A DNA stretch of 64,000 bases from Dehalococcoidia bacterium (GTDB lineage Bacteria; Chloroflexota; Dehalococcoidia; Lucifugimonadales; JAGWBF01), in contig OZ240206.1 in assembly GCA_965197405.1 (NCBI GenBank), forward strand, positions 1,608,085-1,672,084, given 5' to 3'. Below are positions 54,667 through 63,134 of the stretch, in pieces (position 1 is the first letter of the stretch; every line of letters begins with the position of its first letter). A model generated the notes under the pieces. It was not told where the DNA came from. It was given only the letters and a program-made list of their open reading frames with translations, and did not search any database. The position numbers and the translations under genes are program-made.

Positions 54667-54862
54667 CAGGGTCATTTCATTCTCGGAGTCAGGTAAATAC
54701 AGGCCCCGCCACATGTCATTCCGAACGGAGCGAAGCAGAGTGAGGAATCTGAAATGGCGCCTAACAAAGACCGGAATCAAGGCAGTACAGGCCAGAACAA
54801 GACCGCTGCCAGCCAGGACTTCAGACCCCTCGCTCCGCTCGGGGTGACAGTGAAACAACTCC
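54667..54862. repeat. MITE family A copy (long variant, degenerate right terminus)
   Basis: CAGGGTCATTTCATTCTCGGAGTCAGGTAAATACAGG ... TTCAGACCCCTCGCTCCGCTCGGGGTGACAGTGAAACAACTCC. Confidence 0.7.
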
Positions 54863-54896
54863 GGGATAAGCGGGCCTTGCTCTCGACAGTTGAAGG

Positions 54897-55922
54897 ATGA
54901 CCATCCTACAGAGCACCGCAAGACGAATCAACCTGTCGTGGACGCCTGCCTACACCGCGGTCGTCATTGTGGTGGTGGCGCTGGCAATCGGGTTCCTGCC
55001 CTTCGTGAAGATGGGACTGGTGGTCAACGGCGTTTTCCTGGGCGCTATTATCGCGCTGGGGGCCATCGGACTGACCTTGGTCTTCGGCATCCTCAATTTC
55101 GCCAACGTAGCCCACGGCGATTACATGACCATGGGCGCGTATATCGGGTTGTTCATCGTGGGCAACCTCCTGCCTCACGCGGGGATTGAGGGCAGCGGCC
55201 TGGGGCCGTTCACCTTTGGGTACCCCGTGCTTATTGCCTTGCCGGTGGCGGTAGCTGTCGTGGCAGCCGGGGCTATAGTCCTGGACGTGGCCATATACCG
55301 CCGGCTCCGGGAGCGGGGAGTCAACGCCGTGGTGATGGCGATGGCGTCCCTGGGCATAGCCATCGCGCTGCGCGGGCTGGTGCAAATCGTCTGGAGCGGC
55401 GACACGCAGCACTACCCCCGGGAGTCCAAGCAGGTCTATCACCTGCCTATGGACGTGCGGATACCCCCGGACGCCATCTTCATCGCCATCGTAGCCATCA
55501 TCCTCATAGTGGCCGTCTATCTGGTGCTGACTCGCACCAGGATGGGAAAGGCCATGCGGGCCACGGCGGACAACCCGGACCTGGCCCTGGTGAGTGGCAT
55601 AGACACCCGGCGCGTCACCTGGTGGACCTGGGGCATGGGCGCGGTGCTGGCCGCGACCGCGGGGATACTCCTGGCGGTGTTTCAGGCGCAGATACTGCCC
55701 ATCATGGGGTGGAAGTTCCTCATCCCCTTGTTCGCCGCGGTCATCCTGGGGGGCATAGGCAACCCATACGGTGCGCTGGTGGGCGCGTTCGTCATCGGCG
55801 TGACCTCGGAGGTCTCGACCCAGTGGATTAACCCCAGCTACAAGCCGGCGGTGGCCTTCGCGATCATGACGGGGGTGCTGCTGGTGAGGCCGCGAGGGAT
55901 ATTCGGGGGAGGTAGAAGCTGA
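54897..55922 (+). CDS. livH: Branched-chain amino acid ABC transporter permease (LivH type)
   Basis: 341-aa polytopic membrane ORF; GLTLVFGILNFANVAHGD. Confidence 0.8.
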   Translation: MTILQSTARRINLSWTPAYTAVVIVVVALAIGFLPFVKMGLVVNGVFLGAIIALGAIGLTLVFGILNFANVAHGDYMTMGAYIGLFIVGNLLPHAGIEGSGLGPFTFGYPVLIALPVAVAVVAAGAIVLDVAIYRRLRERGVNAVVMAMASLGIAIALRGLVQIVWSGDTQHYPRESKQVYHLPMDVRIPPDAIFIAIVAIILIVAVYLVLTRTRMGKAMRATADNPDLALVSGIDTRRVTWWTWGMGAVLAATAGILLAVFQAQILPIMGWKFLIPLFAAVILGGIGNPYGALVGAFVIGVTSEVSTQWINPSYKPAVAFAIMTGVLLVRPRGIFGGGRS

Positions 55923-55974
55923 GCATCGAGAGCGGCGGGAGATACCTCGTCTCCTTATTGCAAGGACGAGCAGC

Positions 55975-56958
55975 ATGGACATAGTGGGTATAGCCAACTA
56001 CTTTGTCGGCTTTGTCATAATGGCCGGGATATACGGGGTGTTCACCCTGGGACTGAACGTCCATTGGGGGTTCACCGGGCTGTTCAACATCGGCATCGCG
56101 GGGTTCTTCGCGCTGGGCGCGTATACGGCGGCCCTGATGACGACCCAGCCCCCGGACCCGGCCCTGTTCGAGGACTTCAAGTTCGGAGGCAACTGGTCGA
56201 ACTCGGCCTTTCTGGACCTGGGATTCGACCTGTGGTTCTTCCTGGGCCTCGGGGCCGCGGCCGTGGTGTGCGGGATTATCGCCCTTGCGATAGGCTACGT
56301 CACCCTGCGGCTGCGGGATGACTACCTTGCCATCGCGACCCTGGGGATTGCGGAGACGGTCCGTCTCTTCTTCCTGAATGAGAAGTGGGTGGCCAACGGG
56401 TCCAAGGGGCTGTACAGAATTCCCGAGTTCCTGGGAGAGCTGGTGTCGCCGGAACACTACGACTACCTGTACCTGGTCGTGGTCCTGGTTGTCCTGGCTG
56501 TCCTGTTCCTGGTGGTGGAACGGTCGGTGAAGTCGCCCTGGGGACGGGTGCTGCGAGCTATCCGGGAGGACGAGACGGCAGCCGAGGCCAGCGGCAAGAA
56601 TGTGTTCAGCTTCAAGCTCCAGGCGTTCATCCTGGGAGCGGTAATCATGGGGATTGGAGGGGCGTTGTTCGCCCACAATGTGCGGTTCCTCTCGCCCCTG
56701 ACCTTCGACCCGCTGCTGGCGACCTTTGTCATATGGGCCATGCTGATGGTGGGAGGCTCGGGCAATAACCGCGGCGCCGTCCTGGGGGCCTTCGTGGTCT
56801 GGGGAATCTGGACTGGGACCCAGTTCCTGCCAGGCGTCTTCTCCGACCCCAACCTCCGGTTCTTCATGATAGGCGTGCTCATAGTCGCGGTGATCCTGGT
56901 CCGCCCAGGGGGAATCTTGGGAGAGAGACGCCACGTAACGCGCTCCACCGGCGCTTAG
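55975..56958 (+). CDS. livM: Branched-chain amino acid ABC transporter permease (LivM type)
   Basis: 327-aa polytopic ORF; GFTGLFNIGIAGFFALGAY, LRDDYLAIATLGIAE. Confidence 0.8.
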   Translation: MDIVGIANYFVGFVIMAGIYGVFTLGLNVHWGFTGLFNIGIAGFFALGAYTAALMTTQPPDPALFEDFKFGGNWSNSAFLDLGFDLWFFLGLGAAAVVCGIIALAIGYVTLRLRDDYLAIATLGIAETVRLFFLNEKWVANGSKGLYRIPEFLGELVSPEHYDYLYLVVVLVVLAVLFLVVERSVKSPWGRVLRAIREDETAAEASGKNVFSFKLQAFILGAVIMGIGGALFAHNVRFLSPLTFDPLLATFVIWAMLMVGGSGNNRGAVLGAFVVWGIWTGTQFLPGVFSDPNLRFFMIGVLIVAVILVRPGGILGERRHVTRSTGA

Positions 56959-57039
56959 GGGAACCGCAAAGAGCCAAGGCTGGAGTTGGTGATACAGCCC
57001 CAATGGGTGACTGTAGAGCTATTGTTATCAAGGCGTTTC

Positions 57040-57068
57040 TTGACATGCTGGCCTCTCGACCCAATAAT
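57040..57068 (+). promoter_or_regulatory. Sigma-70 promoter candidate for the RHH gene
   Basis: TTGACA (57040-57045), 17-nt spacer, AATAAT (57063-57068). Confidence 0.4.
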
Positions 57069-57096
57069 GGGCCGAAACCAGAGAGGAGCGCCTTCA

Positions 57097-57324
57097 ATGG
57101 CTGCGACACGAGAGAAGTTTTCCAGCCAGGCCTCCCCGGAGTTGCTGGCTGCGTTGCGAGAGATTGCCCACGAGGAGGGTCGTCACTTCCAAGCGGTGCT
57201 GGAAGACGCAATGCGAGAATACATCGAGAGCAAAGCGAGGGAGAAGGTCCGGCCGGAGGTGATGGCCCACTATCGGGCCAGCGTCGAGAGGCACCACCGC
57301 CTTCTTGAGCTATTCGCCCAGTGA
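57097..57324 (+). CDS. Ribbon-helix-helix (CopG/Phd-like) antitoxin
   Basis: ORF trimmed to ATG 57097 (GAGGAG SD); KFSSQASPELLAALREIAHEEGRHFQAVLEDAMREYI is an RHH pattern. Its stop overlaps the doc GTG (GTGA). Confidence 0.65.
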   Translation: MAATREKFSSQASPELLAALREIAHEEGRHFQAVLEDAMREYIESKAREKVRPEVMAHYRASVERHHRLLELFAQ

Positions 57325-57513
57325 CCCACGATTTCCTCACTATTGAGGAGGCCGCTGCCATACACGATGCCCTAGTCCACGAATTCGGCGGCGCTCCCGG
57401 TATCCGCGCTCATGCGCCCTCAGCTTGGCTATTATGAGGACCTCATTCAAGAGATGGCTGCCCTCATGGAGAGCTTGGCCAACAACCACCCCTTCGTGGA
57501 CGGCAACAAGCGG
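57321..57513 (+). pseudogene. doc: Doc (death-on-curing, Fic-fold) toxin remnant: internal deletion/frameshift and 3' truncation
   Basis: Frame 1 VTHDFLTIEEAAAIHDALVHEFGGAPGIRA. Frame 2 (from 57412) RPQLGYYEDLIQEMAALMESLANNHPFVDGNKR, ending 6 nt before the convergent gene's stop. Everything after the HPFxDGNKR motif is missing. Confidence 0.7.
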
Positions 57514-57519
57514 TCCCCG

Positions 57520-57954
57520 TCACGCCGGCTCCGCAACGAACACCGGAATCCTCCGCGTCGTCCGGTCCTGATATTCCGCGTAGGGCGGGAACGCCGCCAC
57601 CGACAGGTCCCACAACCGCGCCCGTTCCTCCGCATCCTCGACCTCGCGGACCCGCATTGTGTACACCTCAGTCTCGTCCCGGACTTCCACGTTGCCGTCC
57701 GCCCGAAGGTTATACACCCACACCGGGTTCTGCGGCGCGCCGCCCTTGGAACCCACCAGCACGTAGTTGTTCCCGTCCTTAACCCGCATCAGCGGCGTCT
57801 TGCGGATTGCTCCCGTCCGGTTCCCCATGTTCGTCACGATGATGACGGGCAACCCGGTATCGCGCAGGGTCGTTCCATCCGTGCCCTCGCTGCCCTCGTA
57901 AAGTTCCACCTGCTCCCGTACCCAATCGGTGGTTGACGGTATGTACTCGGCCAT
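57520..57954 (-). CDS. Deazaflavin (F420H2)-dependent nitroreductase/oxidoreductase family protein (DDN, PNPOx-like)
   Basis: 144 aa behind AAGGAGGAG; NRTGAIRKTPLM, VLVGSKGGAPQNPVWVYNL, ARLWDLSVAAFPPYAEYQ. Confidence 0.8.
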   Translation of the reverse strand: MAEYIPSTTDWVREQVELYEGSEGTDGTTLRDTGLPVIIVTNMGNRTGAIRKTPLMRVKDGNNYVLVGSKGGAPQNPVWVYNLRADGNVEVRDETEVYTMRVREVEDAEERARLWDLSVAAFPPYAEYQDRTTRRIPVFVAEPA

Positions 57955-58219
57955 GGCTCGCTCCTCCTTCTTGCTTGCCGCCTCATCATAACCCGATAAC
58001 CCGAATCTCTGTTATCTTCTACCACTATCATGCTAACACAACCGCACAATCGTCGTCCCCGCTCCTGTCTAATCACCACTTCAGAGGCCTGGCGGAGGTC
58101 GTGTCTCTCCAGATCTTCGGACGCTTGGGCCAGGAATATCCTGCTCTGAGCGCCATACGATATTTGGTCCATTCTTCTTCGCAGGTATGTCCCCGGTTTC
58201 GTTCAGAGCAATGCCCCGG

Positions 58220-59560
58220 TTAGGGAAGCTCGAACCTGCCCGTGGACTTGATTTCGCCGTCCTCGACCTTCCAAATCTCAATGGTCCCGGATACGTCGCC
58301 GTTTTCGTCAAAGTCCACGGAACCGGCGCCACCCTCGTAGTTGATGTCCTTGCCTTCGGCTATGAGCATCAGGGCGTTCTTGATGCCCTCGACTCCGGGG
58401 CCGACCACCTCGCCGGGAGGGTTGGCTACGGAGCGCAGCGCGTCGCGGATAGCCACCGCGTCGGTGGTGCTGCCAGCCTTGGCCGCCGCCAGGGCTACCA
58501 GCACCGCGGCATCATAGTTCTCGGCTATGAAGGGGTGCTCCGGGGGGGCCCCGTGAACCGCGGCGTAGGAGCGGTGGAACTCCTGGAGTGCGGGGCTGTC
58601 CGGAGCGCCCTGGGCGGTGCCCAACGTACCCTCCAGGGCGTCCCAGCCGACTACTTCTATCATATCGGGGGACTTGGTCGCGTCCACGAACAGGAAGCTG
58701 TCTGCGTATCCGCCTTCCAGGGACTCGCGAAGGTAGACTTCAGCCTGGCCCGGGTAGCTCATGGCTAGCACCACGTCCGGGTCTCCCTCGGTGGCCCTCT
58801 CCAACTCGGAGGCGTAGGTCGGCTGGCTGTCCTCGTGGGGCGACTTCCCGGTGACCCTTCCTCCCAGGGATGTGAAGGTCTCCTCGAACTGGTCGGCCAG
58901 GCCCTCGCCGTAGGCGTTGTTGATGAACATGATGCCGGCGGTCTCATACCCGTTCTCCCGGGCGAGACGGGCCAGCACGACACCCTGGGCGGCGTCGGAT
59001 ACCGTGGTGCGGAAGAGGAAATCGTTATCTTCCAAGACGGTGATAGCGGGAGAGGTGGATGCGGGGCTTATCTGCAAGCGCCGCTTGGGGACGGTGACTG
59101 ACTGGGCCACGGGCAGAGTCACGCCGCTGGCTAGCGCGCCCACGATGGCGACGGCGTTCTCCACGTCCACCAGCGCCCGGGCGGCGTCCACACCCTGTAC
59201 CGGGTTGGTAGCTGTGTCACCGGTTACGATGACCATCTGCGCTCCGTGTATGCCTCCCGCCTCGTTGACGTGGGCAGCGGCCAGCTGAACGCTGTTGTCC
59301 TGCTCCGGACCGAAGTAGGACAGGGAGCCTGTGACAGTGTTGAGATGCCCAACAACCAGCGTGTCCAGCGCTTCTTCCGGTTCTGTCATGGCGGTGGGTT
59401 CGGGGGCTGCTGTGGTAGCGGTGGCTGCCGTGGTTGCGGTAGGCTCGGGGGGCGCAGTGGTGGCGGTGGGTTCCTGGCCGCACGCCGCCAGACCCAGGGT
59501 CAACGTCAAGAGTATGACCATTGCCGTAGCCGCAAGACGAGATTTCATGGTCTTCAACAT
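58220..59560 (-). CDS. ABC transporter substrate-binding lipoprotein, LivJ/K type (second copy)
   Basis: 446 aa behind AGGAGG; lipobox LTLGLAACG, PT/A-rich linker, VAIVGALASGVT. Confidence 0.8.
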   Translation of the reverse strand: MLKTMKSRLAATAMVILLTLTLGLAACGQEPTATTAPPEPTATTAATATTAAPEPTAMTEPEEALDTLVVGHLNTVTGSLSYFGPEQDNSVQLAAAHVNEAGGIHGAQMVIVTGDTATNPVQGVDAARALVDVENAVAIVGALASGVTLPVAQSVTVPKRRLQISPASTSPAITVLEDNDFLFRTTVSDAAQGVVLARLARENGYETAGIMFINNAYGEGLADQFEETFTSLGGRVTGKSPHEDSQPTYASELERATEGDPDVVLAMSYPGQAEVYLRESLEGGYADSFLFVDATKSPDMIEVVGWDALEGTLGTAQGAPDSPALQEFHRSYAAVHGAPPEHPFIAENYDAAVLVALAAAKAGSTTDAVAIRDALRSVANPPGEVVGPGVEGIKNALMLIAEGKDINYEGGAGSVDFDENGDVSGTIEIWKVEDGEIKSTGRFELP

Positions 59561-59736
59561 ATTTCCTCCTAATGCCCAGTCCCATTACTCTACACTAATT
59601 GCAGGGGACGCCCGATGGTTTCGAGAGTGTAGCACCGATAATGTCGCATGCGCAAGCAAGCAACCAAGCTGTTTTTGCGGGACTGCTTCAGGGAGTGTTG
59701 CAGGTGTGCAGAGGACTGAAATAAGGCGAGACGCCC

Positions 59737-60630
59737 TTATCCCCCCAGACCCAACTGCTGCCCCAGCCACCGGGTGCGGAGAACGCCGTGCTGGTGTCCT
59801 CCGCCCTCGCTCCCGCCGTGATACTGGTGGAGGTCTCCGTGCCTCAGCCGGCGCGCCAGTTCCTCGCCCAGCGGAGCGGGGCACTGGCCCCGGTCTCTGG
59901 CTCCCACGCTGAGAAGGGTGGGGCAGCCAATGCGTCCTGCCAGGGCCAGGGGACTGAATACCTCCAGGCTGGTGAGCACGGCCTCTCGCTGCTGTGGATA
60001 GGTGCGGAGGTAATCGTTTATCTCTTCGAGGGGATAGGCCCCGCCCGATCGGTCCAGGGCGTCGGAGGGGCCAACCATGATGGGCGTGTCCACGGCCAAG
60101 GCCTGCACCTGGGGCCGGAAGGCCCCGGATGCTATCGCCAGCGTTCCCCCCAGTCCCGCGCCGGCGACGGCGATGTGCTGGGGGTCTACGGATGGCCTGC
60201 TCAGGAGGAGGTCCACAGCCCGGAGGGCGTCTGCGTAGACCTCTCGCAGGATGTAGGTGCCGGAGCTGCCGATTCCCTGGATAAGCAGCCCGGGGTAATG
60301 GGCCTGGAAAGGGGAGTCGCTGCGGCGCTGGCCGCGATGGCTGGCGTTGAGGACTACCATATCGTGTCTGAGGGAGGTGAAGGGTATATCAACCGCGCTT
60401 CCATAGTCGGGCATCTGTACCAGGGCCGGGAAAGGCCCATCGCCCCGGGGAATGGAGAGCCAGGCAAACAGCCGGTAGCTTCCCAGGCTGCTGTAACGCA
60501 CCTCGAACACGTCCCACTCGGCCTCGGAATAGAAGTTGTTACGGTGGGACTCCGCTTCCAGGGGTACTCGGCCTAGCTCTTCCTCCACCTGCCGCCAAAA
60601 GCTGTCCTGTGCTGGCGCGCTCTGGACCAC
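59737..60630 (-). CDS. Acetyl-xylan-esterase (CE7/AXE1)-like alpha/beta-fold protein lacking the nucleophile serine
   Basis: GTG behind AGGAGG; aligns with the upstream paralogue, but the GxSQGG elbow reads AGAGLGG. Confidence 0.7.
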   Translation of the reverse strand: MVQSAPAQDSFWRQVEEELGRVPLEAESHRNNFYSEAEWDVFEVRYSSLGSYRLFAWLSIPRGDGPFPALVQMPDYGSAVDIPFTSLRHDMVVLNASHRGQRRSDSPFQAHYPGLLIQGIGSSGTYILREVYADALRAVDLLLSRPSVDPQHIAVAGAGLGGTLAIASGAFRPQVQALAVDTPIMVGPSDALDRSGGAYPLEEINDYLRTYPQQREAVLTSLEVFSPLALAGRIGCPTLLSVGARDRGQCPAPLGEELARRLRHGDLHQYHGGSEGGGHQHGVLRTRWLGQQLGLGG

Positions 60631-60654
60631 TCGCCTACCTCCTAAGCCGCTATT

Positions 60655-61590
60655 CTAAGCCTTCGGGGTGAGTCCCATCAGATTTTTCAGCCAGGCGCTT
60701 TCCTTGTCCACGTACTCGCTGGGGCTGCCGTGGGCCGCGTTGGGTATTATCCACACCTCTTTTGGCCCCGCCAGGTTCCTATAGGCGGCGTACTGGGTCT
60801 GAGGGGGACAAATGGCGTCCTCCGCAGGAATGCCCACTGCCATGGGGCAGCGGATGCGGTCCGTGAAATTCACGGCATCGAAATACCGCAGGGTCGTGAT
60901 GACCTGCTCTTCCCGGTCCGGGTAGGCCCGCAGATAGCAGTTCAGCTCGTTGTATGGGTAGGTGCGGGCCAGTCGCATGGAGTCGGGAAAGGAGCAGAGG
61001 AAGGGGCAGCCCGACGCCCCGCCCTTAATCTCCGGGTGCAGGGCTGTGGTAATTAGGGTCAGGCCTCCACCCTGGCTTACGCCGTGGGCGAATATCCGGT
61101 CCTTGTCCACCTCGGGGCGAGTGAGCAAAAAGTCTACACCTCGCACACAGTCGGAGACCACTCCCCGGTAGGAGTAGCTGTCGCGGCTCTCGATACCACT
61201 GGTAAGCAGGCCTGGATAGCCCGGGTTGAATTGCTCATGGCTCCGTCGCTTCCCACGCACGGCAACGCTCAGCACCGCTATGCCCTGTTGCGCCCAGTGC
61301 TTTGGGAATCCGGGTTCGCTTTTGTAGCCGGGAAACTCGATCAGGGCAGGGAACGGTCCCGTACCCCGGGCCGGCGTGCAGTACCAGCCGGCAATGCGGA
61401 CCCCGCCGAGGCTGCGATAATGAGCCTCGTACACGTTGACTTCCGGGGTGGAGTGAAGGGGAACGAGGGAGATTTCCGGCTCCAAGGGCAGGCCCCTGAG
61501 CTCCGACAGGACCCCATCCCAGAAGGACTCGAAATCATCCGGACGCACGACACTGCTGACAAAGGTCTCAAGCTCTACTGCGGTAGCCAC
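60655..61590 (-). CDS. Acetyl xylan esterase / cephalosporin-C deacetylase (CE7) family
   Basis: ORF 60655-61683 trimmed to GTG 61590 (AAGGAG SD); the longer ORF reads into a family B repeat. FWDGVL, FPGY, HGVSQGGGL, DAICPP, AAHG. Confidence 0.8.
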   Translation of the reverse strand: MATAVELETFVSSVVRPDDFESFWDGVLSELRGLPLEPEISLVPLHSTPEVNVYEAHYRSLGGVRIAGWYCTPARGTGPFPALIEFPGYKSEPGFPKHWAQQGIAVLSVAVRGKRRSHEQFNPGYPGLLTSGIESRDSYSYRGVVSDCVRGVDFLLTRPEVDKDRIFAHGVSQGGGLTLITTALHPEIKGGASGCPFLCSFPDSMRLARTYPYNELNCYLRAYPDREEQVITTLRYFDAVNFTDRIRCPMAVGIPAEDAICPPQTQYAAYRNLAGPKEVWIIPNAAHGSPSEYVDKESAWLKNLMGLTPKA

Positions 61591-61601
61591 TGGCCCACTC
61601 C

Positions 61602-61754
61602 TTACTTGCTGATGCGTGAGTAAATATCTAAACCAGTCCCGTTGGTCATTTCTCCGGAAGCAGGAATCCAGCACTTGGTACACTGGACTCCTGCTTTCGC
61701 AGGAGTGACGTCGGGGAAGCGCCAGGATTTAGTGATTCATTCATCCATCAGTAA
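61602..61754. repeat. Repeat family B copy (full length)
   Basis: TTACTTGCTGATGCGTGAGTAAATATCTAAACC ... two central hairpins ... GGATTTAGTGATTCATTCATCCATCAGTAA. Confidence 0.7.
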
Positions 61755-62024
61755 TAGAGGATGCTAAGGGGACATTAGCACGTCCCCTGGCACGAGTCAA
61801 GAAAGCTGCGCGGCGTACAGATTGACAATCCCTTCCCACTATGGTAGTTTGCTAGTGAAATTTTACACAAACGTGACCGTCATCTAACCGGACGGGACCG
61901 GACTGGACAATACGGCGATACAGCAAGGTTACTATCCGAATAGTATGGCCGAATGGTATGACAGACCTTCGGAGCTATCCATTCTCCCGGAGACTCGGCC
62001 CGCCGCGACCGCGAGGTAAATAGC

Positions 62025-63134
62025 TTGTACCACTCTAGCCTGCCGAGGTCCGCTTCAGGGAGGCTGTTTGTCGCTCTGGGACCACCCATCATCTCCCTTG
62101 TGACATCAGCGCGTCCCGTGTACGCTGCGGGTGTATGGCCCCTGCATACCTCGGCCAGTCGAGAGACCCCTGCTCCGGGGGTAGGGAGACCCCAGAGGAC
62201 AGCCGGCCTGCCTTTTCGCTCCCTCACCCTGGTGACGGTGTTCTCCATATTCTCCCTTGTAGCCCTGGGTGGCGCGGTACGGCTGACGGAGTCGGGCCTG
62301 GGTTGCCCGGACTGGCCTCTGTGTCATGGCAAGGTCATCCCTCCCCTGGACACCCCGACCCTTATTGAATACTCTCATCGCTTGGTCGCCTCCCTAGCCG
62401 GGCTGCTGGTGCTGGCAACAGCCCTGGTCGTCTGGGGCCGCTACAGGAGCCGGCCCTGGCTGATGGTCTCTGCCACGGCGGGATTCCTTCTGCTGGTGCT
62501 CCAGGTGCTTCTAGGAGGCCTCACAGTATTGAGCGAGCTGCCGCCGGGGATTGTGCTGGCCCACCTGGCTACCGCCGAAGCTCTGATGGCGGCTATGATA
62601 GTGGTCTGCATGTCCGCCCTGCGCAGCCCTTCCCCATCCGGCTACCGGGAAGAGGGTGAAGCGGGGCGAGGGAGGTTCCCGCTCTTGATGTTGGGAGTGC
62701 TCTTGGGGGCCTACGCGCTCCTCCTGACGGGGTCTTACGTAACGGTGTCGGGTGCGACCACTTCCTGCGGGCAGTGGTGGCCGCTCTGCCAGGGGCAGGT
62801 CATACCCGAGGGGCAATATGCCATGATTCACATGGTCCACCGGGTGGTGGCGCTTCTGGTGGGGGCGCTTATAGTGGCGGTGCTGGTACATACGTGGCGA
62901 CTCAGGAACGAGCGGCCAGCCCTGGGGTGGGCAGCTGCGTTGGTGGGCGGCTTGTTCCTGGCCCAGGTCATCATAGGGGCGTCGGTCCTGTGGATGGGGT
63001 TCCCCATATCCGCACGGCTCCTGCACCTGGTGATGGCTACCGCCGTGTGGGTGGGCCTGGCAGCGCTCACGTTCCTTTCATATACTTCGTACACTGCTCC
63101 GAAGCCCGACCTCAGAGAGGCCAGCCGTGCTTAA
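62025..63134 (+). CDS. ctaA: Heme A synthase (CtaA/COX15)
   Basis: GGAVRLTESGLGCPDWPLCHG, EYSHR, a second ...TSCGQWWPLCQG half, HMVHR. Start uncertain (TTG 62025 behind GAGG; GTG 62118 possible). Confidence 0.8.
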   Translation: MYHSSLPRSASGRLFVALGPPIISLVTSARPVYAAGVWPLHTSASRETPAPGVGRPQRTAGLPFRSLTLVTVFSIFSLVALGGAVRLTESGLGCPDWPLCHGKVIPPLDTPTLIEYSHRLVASLAGLLVLATALVVWGRYRSRPWLMVSATAGFLLLVLQVLLGGLTVLSELPPGIVLAHLATAEALMAAMIVVCMSALRSPSPSGYREEGEAGRGRFPLLMLGVLLGAYALLLTGSYVTVSGATTSCGQWWPLCQGQVIPEGQYAMIHMVHRVVALLVGALIVAVLVHTWRLRNERPALGWAAALVGGLFLAQVIIGASVLWMGFPISARLLHLVMATAVWVGLAALTFLSYTSYTAPKPDLREASRA

